From: Octopus sinensis
Taxonomy: Eukaryota
Direction: 5' to 3'
Assembly: GCF_006345805.1 (NCBI RefSeq)
Contig: NC_042998.1
Span: 15,624,001-15,688,000, forward strand
DNA length: 64,000 nucleotides
Shown: in pieces, positions 11,703 through 25,200 of the stretch
How positions within the stretch are numbered: position 1 is the stretch's first letter
Layout of the letters: each line of letters starts with the position of its first letter
Notes under the pieces: model-generated
Told to the model about the DNA's origin: nothing
What the model saw: only the letters and a program-made list of their open reading frames with translations
Database searches by the model: none
Position numbers and translations under genes: made by a program

Positions 11703-14479
11703 ATATACACACAGAGGGAGAAAGAGATGATAGATAGATAGGTAGATAGATAAAAACACACGCTGACTCTGATGCACTGATACCCATCCACATCCACACA
11801 CACACACTGACACACAATTGTATATATATATATATATATATATATAGCGTGAGAGAAAAACAGAGAGAGAGAGAACAAATTTGCAGGACCAATAATCAGA
11901 AGACATTTGAAGACAGAAATAAATAAGAAAATAACAAACGACTTACTTTTATGTAACAAATAAGAAACATAAAATAAGACATAAATTATAAGTAGGAAAG
12001 ACAGACGTAGTTTTCGCAAAACAAGTGAAAGAAACGAACTGTAATATAATGAAGCCTGTGGATATATACAATACAACGCCATCAAAATATAACCACGTTT
12101 GCGTATGAGGAAGCTGTAACAAACGAAATATTTAAAGTTAGATTATTTTTAACATAACAATACATTCAGATATAAACAGTTGTAGAATTATAATCGATAC
12201 ATCATGTTAGAGACTTAACAAATACCTTCTGAAAGATAAAATGGTATGATAAAACAGCAATAATATTATTTAAATGCACATTGGCGTAGATAAACATACT
12301 TGGAATAGATGAGAGCTTGAATACTAGAAAAAGAAATATATTGAAATTATTTGGGCACTACTTCAGCACTTTCACTATTGAAAATATGCATAGTGAGAAA
12401 GATAAATATATATATGAAATTATATTTCACTTCGTTGTAAGATCGACAGAGACTAACAGGTAGATATACAAACAAAAATTGGACAGAGGTTAGTGAAACA
12501 GAATGTAACAAACATTGGAAAAATCGAAATTAAAGAGAATGTAAGATGAAGGGTTAAGCTTAAATCATACACAACAATCATTTTCTTATGAACAGCAATG
12601 ATTTTCCTGGAAACGTAAACCTTTTAATCATCAGCTGGATAAAATTTCTCTATAGTAAATAATGCAGCGATAGAGGGAAAGAAACAACAATATTTTATGG
12701 AAGCATAGGTGAAACATTGAGATACATAGAAAGTTACATCATCAACTGCAAACTTAGAGCACTCTTGTGAAGAAATAACAACTAGAATGTAATCAATATA
12801 TTGAAATATGGACAACTAGTTCGGCCCTGGAAGCGATAAATCTACAACCATTCGGTTGAAGTACCTCAACTTATTTGTAAAATCCTTCCAAAAGGAAACA
12901 AAAAAAAAAACCGTAGTCTACTTAAGCAATTGCATAGAGTATTTGAAAAACTGACTGAATGACAAATCGTACTGGATGCTGTGACTAAAGCCTACAAAAT
13001 ATAAAACTTGATGGTTATATATTACAAGGGACCATAGCTGCCTGTAATTTACAAAAAAGCATCTCACCGTCATAGTGAAAGAGAAGAGCTTCTTTGCAAA
13101 GAAAATCAAGCGTATTCCAATACGTATGTTTCCTATCATGTCACTGTAAGCATAATTACTGGGGCATAGATACAGTATTGGAGATCTCTTGAATGAAGAG
13201 ATCTTAGATCTTGTCGTACATAGTTTATAGGATTCTTTTAGCAATGTACAAAAAGAAAAAAAAAGAAAACTACGGGTAATAGTGATTTTGTGAAAACGCT
13301 ATGATCGGTTGAATGTCGATAAAACTACCAGGAATCAATGAATTGTTCTAGTTACACGAAGCCAAATTTAGCAGATTGTAGTGTATGACACATCAGTATA
13401 ATCATAAATTCAACTAAATACCTAATAACGTTTGTAATGACTGTGGCCTAGGACGAACGTACGGTGGAGGCGCAGGTAAGAAACATTGCCAAATACTACG
13501 AGCAGGTAGCTAAACTTGGCGGCTAGGTTGCAAGTTAGTGGAGCTAGTTTACCTGAGTTTTGTGTGGCGTTAACGATCTCCGCATTGCTGCACAATTGAG
13601 TTCAAACTCTGGCTGTGTTTGAAGTCAATCAGGAGATCGTTATTTTCAATCAGCGAAGTGGTAGAGAAGCTGACTAAATGGCTTTGGATAAAGGAATCAG
13701 AACAGTAGCTTAGCGCCTCTGGGAATCTAGCAATAAATTGATCTACCCTGGCTGATTCAAATGGATGAATTGGATTGATACTGAAAAATCAGAAAATCCC
13801 TAAAACACAGAAAACCTCACGAATAATCCACACCAGAGCTTCTATGAGGTATGTCATGTAAGGATGTAGAAGTGTGTCTCTCCAGATGTAACAATTACAA
13901 ATAGCACTTTAGTGATAATTTTCAAGTTCAGTAGCGTTTACAATTCTATAGCTTAGTCAGTGTATTTCTTAGGTGTTCAGCACGCTTTTGCACATCATTT
14001 ATAACCAATTGATATTTCTATTTTAATTTTATTTCTAAGTAGCTTATTACAATATTTAACATGAGAATACGGTAGCAAGTATATCATCAGTTATCTCTTT
14101 GTATATTCTAAAGCTCCAAACAAATATCTAATACGTAAGCAGGTTTATACGGATACCATAATCTTTTCTCTAATCAATTGAAAACCGGGTGGTGAGGAAT
14201 ATGTAGAGTTCTTGAGCGTAGAAGGTTAATTGTAAGGAATTAGCATTGGCAATTCTAATATATTACTGCGTATACCAGCGGGAAATACGCTGTGCAACTG
14301 ATAATTATGGACTATATTCTAAGTATTGTAGATATTCCTCTCAATATAGTTAAAGTGATAACTGGGTTTTGCGGATAGACTTTACTCATTTTATTCCTTT
14401 ATCAGTGGTGCGTTTCAGTGCCCAAACCCACGTTGATGTTGTTGTTGTTGTTGTTGATATAATAATAATAATAATAATG

Positions 14480-14531
<52 letters not shown>

Positions 14532-14577
14532 TAATAATAATAATAATGATAACAACGACAACAACACCAACAACAAC

Positions 14578-14634
<57 letters not shown>

Positions 14635-15639
14635 AATGATAATAATAATAATTATTATTATTATTATTATCATTATTATCATTATCATTATTATTAATGT
14701 GACACTCTAGCAAAATTCTAACATTACAAGAGATAGTACTAGATGGCAATTCATCTCTCTTTAAGTTTTGAGTTCAAATCTCGCAGAGGTCGACTATATC
14801 TTTCGTTCTTCCTGGGACGGCGAGATAAGTACCTTTTCAGCACTGGGGTCAGGTAATTGGCTTGTCCCTCACTCAGAATTTCAGGCCTTGCGCTTTAGTA
14901 TAAAGAATCATCATCATCATCATCATTATTATCAACATCATCATCGTTCGCCATCGTCGTTGTCGTTGTCGTTGTCATCAGCATTGTCATCATTATCATT
15001 ATTGTCATCATGATCACCATCAGTCACAGCATCATTATCGTTTGGGAATAGATAGCAAAAGCGTTGACGCATCAGACAAAACTCCCTCCTCTATTTTGTT
15101 TGGCTCTCTACAAACCACATCGATGTCAGTTTGCCTTTCATCACTTGAAGTTCGATGAAATAAAGTACCAAACAAGAACTGGAGTCAGTGCAATCGACTT
15201 CTCCTTGCCGCTCAAAAGTGGAACACTTGTGCCGATAGAAGAAGCAATTATCAACGTTAATGTTGAACGTACACCGCGCTGATAGCTGTATGCCGTTTTG
15301 AAAACAAGTTGTTAAATCTGAAGAATTCTTAAAACCTCGAATAGGATTAATAAATCTATTGTGTTAAAAGAGGGACTACCAAATTTTTCCTGAAGTGCAC
15401 AATTCTGTATATGATTTTTTGGTCCCGATCATAGAGTTAGTTTTATCGGGATAGAGATACAGCGACAGGGTAGGTGGAGGAATGATAGTTACTAGTACCA
15501 ACTACATTAATAAGTATTAATATGAGAATAACGACATCAATAACAACAATGGTACAAACAATTGTAGCAATAGTAATGACATTTTTGTATTTAACAAACA
15601 CACCATCTCAAGCAACGACAGCACTCGCAGCAAAGACAA

Positions 15640-15845
15640 CAGGAGTGGAGCCGCAATGGTCTAGTGGTTATGGCAGCGGATTCGCGGTCGTAAGAACGCA
15701 GTTTCGATTCCCAGAACGGGCATTGTGAGTGTTTTTACAGAAAAAAACTTAAGCTCCACGAGGCTCCGGCGGGTTGATGGTGGTGGTGAACTCCGCTGTA
15801 CTCTTGCACCACAACTTTCTCTCACTATTTCTTCCTACTTCTGCC
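15640..15845 (+). mobile_element. tRNA-derived SINE, family B (decayed)
   Basis: Head GGAGCCGCAATGGTCTAGTGGTT..GTTTCGATTCCCAG; related to 56164-56465. Confidence 0.55.
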
Positions 15846-16354
15846 ACAAAGCAGAGGAACCATGGTGTAACCCACTATGATGTGGTAAAACTACCCTCCC
15901 ACCTACCTACCTACATACCTACCATTCACAAATGAAGAGACAGACAGACAAACTATGGAAATATTTACAAAATATTTGGCCTAAATTTTTTTCACCAATT
16001 TAATTGTTTTTCGTATTTTACTCTTAGTTGTAAAAGTCTAAAAGTCGGAAACCGCTGCTAAAATGTTTTTCATGATAAAATCATTTTAGCATTTTCTACC
16101 TTGTCTTATTTTGCTTATGTATATATATATAATTTAAAGGACACAATATATGTTTTCGAGTGATACTAATAGTTTAATATATCGAGAAATAACTCAAATA
16201 TATTCAACAAGCACTAACCACATATGCTAACGAACTAAAAAAAAATTGAACAAGGGAAGAAAAGGCTGAGTTGGCGTCATATAGAAAACGCAAATGGTTA
16301 AAAATACGGAAAACGAAAAACGTAACGCTGAATAATAATGCAACAGATATGACA

Positions 16355-16606
16355 TAAATTGGATTAAGTGCAGGAGAATTCAAAAATCGCTATGCATATC
16401 ACATACCTTCTTTCCGACATAATGACGAAAGGAAATCTATTAAGTCGGCGATTCACATATGGAATTGCCAACTTAATAGAACACCGCATGTGATTCAGTG
16501 GAAACTAGTTCAGAAATCCACACCTTATATTAATGGATCAAATAATTGTAGGCTATGTTTAGTCGTTGAAAGAGCTCAGACCCCTTATTTAGATCAAGAT
16601 CACTAG
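16355..16606 (+). pseudogene. Penelope-like GIY-YIG endonuclease remnant
   Basis: *IGLSAGEFKNRYAYHIPSFRH..IHIWNC..IQWKLVQKSTPYINGSNNCRLCL matches the PLE pattern YIG.T.GEFK.RY..H..SFR..W..L....PY..GS..C.LCL; the Tyr codon is mutated to TAA. Confidence 0.8.
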
Positions 16607-16879
16607 CTTTTTACTGAACTCTAGCTTTTATATTTTCAACGGTTGCAAACGTATGTAAAAAAATATTTTGAAAAATGCATAAATTCCACGTATACCTGAT
16701 TAACTTATTAACATCTTTCCAGCCTTATAACCTAAGGTCTAACGAGGATAATTCTTTTCTCTTTTTTACTTTATCCATTCCCATCTTACACTTGCAGATA
16801 TTCGATATAGGTGCTTTCTCGGCCTTTTCGGGTTTCTTCTATTATTCAACGTTCTTTAGTCCGTTATGGTATGTGGTTT

Positions 16880-16934
16880 GTGTCTGATGACCGTGTTTGA
16901 GATATTTCTCAACATATGAAACTATTAGTAGGAC
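16880..16934 (+). ncRNA. Hammerhead-like motif ~280 bp 3' of the GIY-YIG remnant
   Basis: CTGATGA (16884-16890), helix II TTGAGA-TATT-TCTCAA, GAAA (16918-16921), CTATTAG, TA. Helix I and the base of helix II are degenerate. Confidence 0.5.
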
Positions 16935-17058
16935 TTAGAGACATGTTTTGTGTCCTTTAAATAAATGATATGGATATCTCAACAGAAAGCGTACATTTGT
17001 TCGTGAATCTTTCTATCACGAAGCAGTACATCATATACATATATACATACATATATAC

Positions 17059-17125
<67 letters not shown>

Positions 17126-17128
<3 letters not shown>

Positions 17129-17231
17129 CAATAATAAATCTCTAAGCGAGGTATAAACAGTAACTGCTCTGTAATATAAGCGGGATCAGCCATCTGAATG
17201 TGGCTAGGGACAGGGCGGGGTGGTGGGGGGT

Positions 17232-17278
<47 letters not shown>

Positions 17279-17398
17279 TATATATATATATATAACAATA
17301 ATAAATCTCTAAGCGAGGTATAAACAGTAACTGCTCTGTAATATAAGCGGGATCAGCCATCTGAATGTGGCTAGGGACAGGGCGGGGTGGTGGGGGTG

Positions 17399-17400
<2 letters not shown>
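17126..17400. repeat. Tandem duplication of a ~106 bp unit separated by (TA)n
   Basis: TAACAATAATAAATCTCTAAGCGAGG..GGCGGGGTGGTGGGGG occurs at 17126 and 17293, essentially identical. Confidence 0.9.
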
Positions 17401-17464
<64 letters not shown>

Positions 17465-17508
17465 TATATATAAATGAAAGAATGGAGTTGAACGACGAAT
17501 TAACAAAA

Positions 17509-17606
17509 TTCCTTTATTCTCGACATATGTTTCGAAGGCTGCATATTCCTAATTTCGAAGGAATAAGGGGTGCATATGCCGCCTTCTCATCATGAAAAAC
17601 AAGGAA
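17509..17606 (-). ncRNA. Type I hammerhead ribozyme, left arm (C3>A lesion)
   Basis: Minus: TTCCTTGTTTTTC ATGATGA GAAGGC..GCCTTC GAAA CATATG TC GAGAATAAAGGAA. Confidence 0.7.
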
Positions 17607-17700
17607 CGTATGTCAGCATCAAGATGCACAAAACTTATCGCTATGGGCTCCGTGTCGGCAGTCATCTAAAAGTTTTTGTGTATCTTGATACTGACATAAG

Positions 17701-17799
17701 TTCCTTGTTTTTCCTGATGAGAAGGCGCCATAATGCACCCCTTATTCCTTCGAAATTAGGAATATGCAGCCTTCGAAACATATGACGAGAATAAAGGAA
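17701..17799 (+). ncRNA. Type I hammerhead ribozyme, right arm (U16.1>A lesion)
   Basis: TTCCTTGTTTTTC CTGATGA GAAGGC..GCCTTC GAAA CATATG AC GAGAATAAAGGAA. Confidence 0.7.
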
Positions 17800-17988
17800 T
17801 TTTGTTAATTCGTCATTCAACTCCATTCTTTCATTTATTTGTATTTAAAAAAACACACAAATTTCCACACGAAAGCACGTGATCTCTGCCCTAGGCATGT
17901 AGCTTCAACCGTGTTTTTCTGACGTGAATTTGCTACCCAGGTATCGGTTAACCGAATTATCCATAATAAGATAATTCATTCAACTACT

Positions 17989-18019
<31 letters not shown>

Positions 18020-18023
<4 letters not shown>

Positions 18024-18230
18024 AAAGTTTACGAAAAAAAAGACGGAGACAGGTGGTGCACAAAACAAACAGCTGAATTAGTATAGCGCTCAGGAATAGA
18101 AAAAAGTCTGTTACGTTTCGAGCCTACGCTCTTCTACAGAAAGGTACACGGAAAAAACAATGAGAGAGAAAAGGAGAAAAAAAGGAGAGTAAAAATGAGA
18201 GAAAAAGGAGAGAAAAAATGTGTGTAGTGG
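18020..18230 (-). mobile_element. Short interspersed repeat family H2 carrying an ultra-minimal HHR-like motif at 18108-18143
   Basis: Homologous to 50378-50610 and 32145-32280. Minus motif: CTTT CTGTAGA A GAGC GTAG GCTC GAAA CG TA ACAG. Confidence 0.65.
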
Positions 18231-18251
18231 CTAACTATCTCAATATATATC

Positions 18252-18288
<37 letters not shown>

Positions 18289-19448
18289 GTATACATGTGT
18301 ATATGTGTGTGCGTTTGTTTGTGTATGTGTATTATATATATATATATATAATATACGTGTGTGTGCATGTGTGTGCGTATGTGTGTGTGTGTGTGCTTGT
18401 GTGGTGTGCGAATGCTTATGTTTAGGTATAGGCTTTGTCAATAATGTATGAAATATGTAAATACGTGTTTTCTAGGAATTTATATCTTTTCTTCTCCCTT
18501 TTCAGTCTGTGACAGAAATATTCTGTTATCTTTACAAAGTGATTGTCAATTTTATGGCGTGCAAATTTAAACGTTCCTTGCGATGCAATATTCCGCACGT
18601 TTTTCACCTTAATTCTGAGATTCTAAGCTTGTAAATCAAATCAGTATTTCGATGTTTACCTTTAGAGTTGTACATATGTATTCTTTGACACGCTTCGTTT
18701 TAGGCTACGTTTTTTCCCCAGCTAATTTGATTTGTGCATCATTTGGTTACTTAAGCGATTAGCAATGATAGCTTCAGCTATACTCACCGTAAAATATGAC
18801 TAACAAAGTCAACAGGAAAAAAAAACTCTAGCTACAAATTTTAGGTAAAAACTGAATAATTTACTGATAGGGTCATGTTATTTTACATTTTTAAAGTTAT
18901 TTTATCAAAGTTAATGGACGTTTCCGGTGCAGACAAAAAGCCGTTTCTATTATATACAACAGAATACCATCTTCTTCCATTAGCTTTATGGTGGTATGCA
19001 TGCTTTTAATATATATTCGTGAACATCACTATCTGTCTTGGGTATAATCTATGTTTATCTTTTCCTGTTGAAAACTACCTTAAGTATAAATTTTGGTAAT
19101 ATGCATGAATGTCATATAACGCTTATTGTTTAGGCTCCTTGCGTTGTCTAGTATTTTAATGGCTTAGGAATTTGCTTCTTTTTGTTGCTCACCTGTACGT
19201 CTTCAATGGTTGTTTATTTACGAATTATTAATATTCACAGTCTATGTGTCTTTCTTTCCTAATCTGTATATCTATTCATGTTTCGGAATATTAACACCTG
19301 CTGGGATTGATACGTCAGGAAAATACACTATTGTTATAAGTTAATTTTAAAGTAATTTTGCTACTGCTAAGTTTGTTAATTAATAATAATAATCAGACAA
19401 ATACATAACAAAAACACCAGGACTAACAAATATATATAACATATATAT

Positions 19449-19860
19449 AGGCGCAGGAGTGGCTGTGTGGTAAGTAGCTTGTTTACCAACCACATGGTTC
19501 CGGGTTCAATCCCACTGCGTGGCATCTTGGGCAAGTGTCTTCGACTATAGCCCCGGGTCGATCAAAGCCTTGTGAGTGGATTTTGTTGACGGAAACTGAA
19601 AGAAGCCCATCGTATATATGTATATATAAATATATGTGTGTATGTGTGTGTATGTTTGTGTGTCTGTGTTTGTCCCCCTAGCATTGCTTAACAACCGATG
19701 CTGGTGTGTTTATGTCCCCATCACTTAGCAGTTCGGCAAAAGAGACCGATAGAATAAGTACTGGGCTTACAAATAATAAGTCCCGGGGTCGAGTTGCTCG
19801 ATTAAAGGCGGTGCTCCAGCGTGGCCGCAGTCAAAATGACTGAAACAAGTAAAAAAAAAA
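19449..19860 (+). mobile_element. Full-length tRNA-derived SINE, family A
   Basis: Same head, body and tail as 6685-7100, in the opposite orientation. Confidence 0.85.
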
Positions 19861-19869
19861 CAGAAAATT

Positions 19870-20016
19870 AACAGATACGGAATATAGCACTATTATACAC
19901 TGCACGCATCCTACGTAAAAACTTTCAATACAATAACTATAAGAACATCGCAACAACCTACAGCACATAACCAAGGCGCACAGAGCTGCACTCGATAGGG
20001 CAGTGAAAGCACGTTA
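19870..20016 (+). mobile_element. 5'-truncated, older copy of the R4/Dong-like LINE 3' end
   Basis: CACTGCACGCATCCTACGTAAAAACTTTCAATACAATAA..CACAGCACATAACCAAGGCGCACAGAGC..GTGAAAGCACG aligns with 25975-26110. Confidence 0.8.
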
Positions 20017-20044
20017 TAATAATATAATAAATAATATAATAATA

Positions 20045-20088
<44 letters not shown>

Positions 20089-20164
20089 TAATAATAATAA
20101 TAATATAATATAATAATAACAATAATAATATAATAATAATGATAATAATAATAATAATATAATG

Positions 20165-20198
<34 letters not shown>

Positions 20199-20236
20199 TA
20201 ATAATAATGATAATAATAATAATAATAATAATAATG

Positions 20237-20303
<67 letters not shown>

Positions 20304-20304
20304 G

Positions 20305-20340
<36 letters not shown>

Positions 20341-20462
20341 TAATAAAATAATAACAATAATAATAATAATAATAATAATAATATAATAATAATAATAATA
20401 ATAATAATAAGAATAATAATAATAATAATAATAATAATGATAATATAATAATAATAATAATG

Positions 20463-20494
<32 letters not shown>

Positions 20495-20495
20495 C

Positions 20496-20531
<36 letters not shown>

Positions 20532-20549
20532 TAATATAATATAATAATG

Positions 20550-20585
<36 letters not shown>

Positions 20586-20874
20586 TGATAATAATAATAA
20601 TATATAATAATAATAATAATAATGATAATAATAATAATAATAATAATAACAATAATAATAATAATATAATAATAATAATAATAGTAATAATAATAATAAT
20701 AATATAATAATAATAATAATAATAGTAATATAATAATAATAAGAATAATTAATAATAATAATAATAAGATAATAATAATAATAATAATAATAACAAAAAA
20801 AAATAATAATAACAATAATAATAATAATAATAATAATAATACAATAATAATAATAATATAATATAATAATAATA

Positions 20875-20921
<47 letters not shown>

Positions 20922-20963
20922 TAATATAATAATATAATAACAATAAAAATAATAATAATAATG

Positions 20964-21058
<95 letters not shown>

Positions 21059-21091
21059 CAATATAATAATAATAATAATAATAATAATAGT

Positions 21092-21122
<31 letters not shown>

Positions 21123-21368
21123 TAAGAATAATATAATAATAATAAGTAATAATAATAATAAGAATAATAATAATGATAACAATAATAATAATAATAATAA
21201 TAATATAATATAACAAAAAAATAATAATAATAATAATAAGAATATAATAATAATAAAATAATAATATAATAATAATAATAATAAGAACAATAAAAATAAT
21301 AATAATAATAATAATAATAAAACAATAAAAATAATAATAATAATAATAATAGTATAATAATAATAATG

Positions 21369-21419
<51 letters not shown>

Positions 21420-21475
21420 GTAATAGTAATAATAATAATAATAATAATATAATAATAATAATAATAATAATAACA

Positions 21476-21516
<41 letters not shown>

Positions 21517-21767
21517 CTATAATAATAATAATAATAATAATAGTCATAATAATAATAATAATAATAATGATATATAATAATAATAATATAATAACAATAA
21601 TAATAATAATAATAACAATAAAAATAATAATAATAATAATAATAATAATACTAGTATAATAATAATAATAATAATAATTATAATAATAATAATATAATAA
21701 TGATAATAATCAATAATAATAATAATAATAACAATAATAATATAATAAAATAATAATAATAACAATA

Positions 21768-21819
<52 letters not shown>

Positions 21820-21892
21820 TAATATAATAATATAATAATATATAATAATGATAATAATAAATAAAATAATAATAACAATAATAATAATAATC

Positions 21893-21932
<40 letters not shown>

Positions 21933-21948
21933 AATAATGATAATAATC

Positions 21949-21997
<49 letters not shown>

Positions 21998-22083
21998 AAA
22001 TACTAATAATAATAATAATAATCATAATATAATAATAATAATAATGATAATAATAATAATATATAATAATAATAATAATAATA

Positions 22084-22118
<35 letters not shown>

Positions 22119-22235
22119 GTAATATAATAATAATAATAATATAATAATAATAATAATAATAATAACAATAATAATAAATAATATAATAATAATATAATAG
22201 TAATAATAATAATAATATAATAATAATAATAATAA

Positions 22236-22281
<46 letters not shown>
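20017..22281. repeat. ~2.3 kb imperfect (TAA)n microsatellite
   Basis: Direct reading; it is the source of the 500+ aa poly-I/L/Y pseudo-ORFs. Confidence 0.97.
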
Positions 22282-22282
<1 letters not shown>

Positions 22283-25200
22283 CACCGGGAACGTTTAAGA
22301 TGTAAGAAGGAAAATACAGAGCTCCGAAATCTATCCACAAACATCGAAAACAAGGACATCCTATGGAGCCAAAGTTTTACTAACAAAGAATTGGACTGTA
22401 TCCGAGTAAGTAATACTAATTGAAATTTATTACTATTTTCGAAACGAAATTATGTATTTTGACTCGATATCCTCTCCGCCTCTAACGCAACACATGTAAA
22501 CATGCGTGGAACATCACGATCATCTCCGACCCCAAACACCATGTACAAAGGAACTACGAAGAAATTATATGCCACCGATACTATTCAACACAAGAATAAC
22601 AATCGAGCGGTACGTACATTAAACTTACAACAAAAAATGTACGAAAAACTACACGTGCGAAATAATGTGACAACAGAAATAAACGGACCGGTACCCTACG
22701 AAAATGACGACCGTCAAAATAATGGGCCGGACGTTGTACCTCATTTCCCGCAAATAAAACCCAAAAGACGTAAATGGACACGTGAGGAATACATTTCTAT
22801 CTTACACGCATGCTTCACAGCAGTGCTCTACCCAAAAAATGATAATACAACAACACATACATATAAAATATGGAAGGAAAATAATAGAGATATAGACTTG
22901 GATACAGCAATGAACCCTAATAAATTAGCTAACGTACGAAGATACATTCTCAACACAAAAAAAATATCAGAAATAGAAATAGAACATCTAAAAGAAAACA
23001 TACACCAGGAAAATGTAGATGGAAGCCACACAACAATGCCCAATAATATATACACTGAAACTGTAAATCACGAAGACAAACGCAACATTCAAAATAAGAA
23101 TCAAAATAAACGAAATAACAACACCTATTATAAACAGCATAAACCTAGCCGTCACTGAACTGATAGCCACTGAATAAAAAAAAAGTGATATCACTGAGCT
23201 AAATAACCTAATATACGCAGCAGCCACTGCAGCCACAAAAGAAGCTGGATACTCACCCAAACCCGCCCAAACAGGAGTACCACCACCCAAACAAACCCTG
23301 TGGATAAATAACAGCCAAAACAAAATAAAAAAAATTAGAAAAGACCTATCAATTCTGAATGAAATCAGCAAACAATCAACGCTACTGAGCAACAAAAAGA
23401 GAACAAAAATACTCCGCAAATATAACATCACAGAGAAAGATTTGCCTGAGATAAAAGAAAAGCTGAAGCAAGATATCCTTGCCAAAGCACAAAGGATCCG
23501 CCGGTACGAGAAACGCCAACGCTTCTTTGAACAAAACAAAAAGTTCAACTCCAACCCCAAAAATGTTCTACCAAGAACTGGGCAAAAATAAAATAGAAGT
23601 CACTGCAGCACCAACGGCAGAAGAATTGGAAGATTTCTGGAGAGAAATATGGTCGGCGAACGAACAACCAAAAAAAAAAGGAGTATCAAAATAACAAACT
23701 CGGCATCTGAACAACTTTGGACCCCCATAACAACTGAAGAAGTCACCCAGGCACTGCAAAGACTAAGCAACTGGAAGGCACCTGGGCATGACAAGATCCC
23801 CAACTTCTGGTTGAAATATCTAACAGGAATGCACAAAAAGCTGGCTGAAAACTTTCACAACATACTAGCAGAGCCAGAGACAATGCCTGAATGGCTTACG
23901 AAGGGGAAAACCATCTTAATTCCCAAATCAAATGAAACAGAAAAACCAGAAAACTACAGACCAATAACCTGCCTCCCTACTATGTTCAAGGCATTTACTG
24001 CAGTGATATCGCAAAGGCTGAACAAGCACCTGGACGAAAACAAACTGTTCCCAGAAGAGCAGAAAGGATGCCGCAAAGGCACATATGGCTGTGAAGATCA
24101 ACTAATGATTAATAAAGCCATAACTGAAGACAGCCACAGAAAGAAGAAAGACCCCAGTATGGCCTGGATTGACTACAAAAAGGCGTTTGATAGCATCCCC
24201 CACACATGGATCCTCGAAACACTAGCCATTAACAAAGTACCACCAACAATCATAAAATTCATAGAGCACCCTATGAATAAATGGCAAACAGTCCTACACC
24301 TCCAAACAAAAGAGGGACTCATGAAAAACCAAAGACATCCCCATTAGAAGTGGAATATTCCAGGGAGACACGCTCTCTCCACTCCTTTTCTGCTTGGCAC
24401 TGTAACCTCTACTATCTGATATACTAAATAGAACTGGATGCGGATATAAATGTTACGGCAAAACGATCAGCCACCTTTTATATATGGATGACCTAAAACT
24501 ATACGCTGCAAATGACAAACAGCTGGAAACACTATTAAAAACAGCTCATGGATTTACCAAAGAAATAGATATGAAATTTGGATTAGAAAAATGCGCCAAA
24601 GTAACCATGAAAAGAGGAAAACTAGTTAAGAGTAACAACATCACACTAGATAAAACCAATGAAATAAAAGAATTAGACCAAAGCCAAACTTACAAATACT
24701 TAGGAATCCATGAACTAGAAAAGACACAACACACACAAATGAAAGAGAAAATAAAAAAAGAATATTATAGACGAGTTAGATCAATACTAAAAACAGAGCT
24801 CAATGCTAAAAACAAGATAATAGGTATCAACACACTTTAGCTGTCCCAGTTATAAGTTACAGCTACAATATCCTTAACTGGACAGGAAATGAACTGACCA
24901 AAATAGACAGGAAAACAAGAAAAATAATGACGGATCTAGGATGCATCACCCAAAATCTGACTAGAAAGACTATATATACAACGTATAGAAGGTGGTGAGG
25001 CCTTATACAGCTAGAAAACCACTATAAAATAACCACCATAGGACTGCAAAAATTCTACTTCAGAAGGAAGGAAAACTGATCCAGTTAGCGGCAAAACACG
25101 AGCAAAACAAAAAACTGTTCTCAGTATTTAAGGAAGCTGACAAATACAAACAAGAAATCATACCACCTAATAAACATGAAAAGAAGATGAAGAAGATGCA

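Larger units (their letters stand above)
17471..17992. mobile_element. Fold-back copy of a non-autonomous HHR-bearing element (family H1)
   Basis: Arms 17471-17632 and ~17673-17842 are reverse complements, and segment 17888-17992 follows. A collinear, unrearranged copy lies at 49951-50256. Confidence 0.88.

Noticed and set aside
19449-19530. tRNA genes at SINE heads (also 7020-7100, 15645, 56164)
   Set aside because: A/B boxes are present but there is no complete cloverleaf, and each continues into a SINE body.
19911-22386. 500+ aa ORFs and the many poly-I/Y/L/N/R ORFs across the track
   Set aside because: They are translations of (TAA)n, (TA)n, (GAA)n, (CA)n and (TATC)n microsatellites, with no domain content.
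22282-22501. HDV-like ribozyme in the R4 5' UTR (known in some R2/R4/RTE elements)
   Set aside because: No nested double-pseudoknot pairing could be identified by eye.
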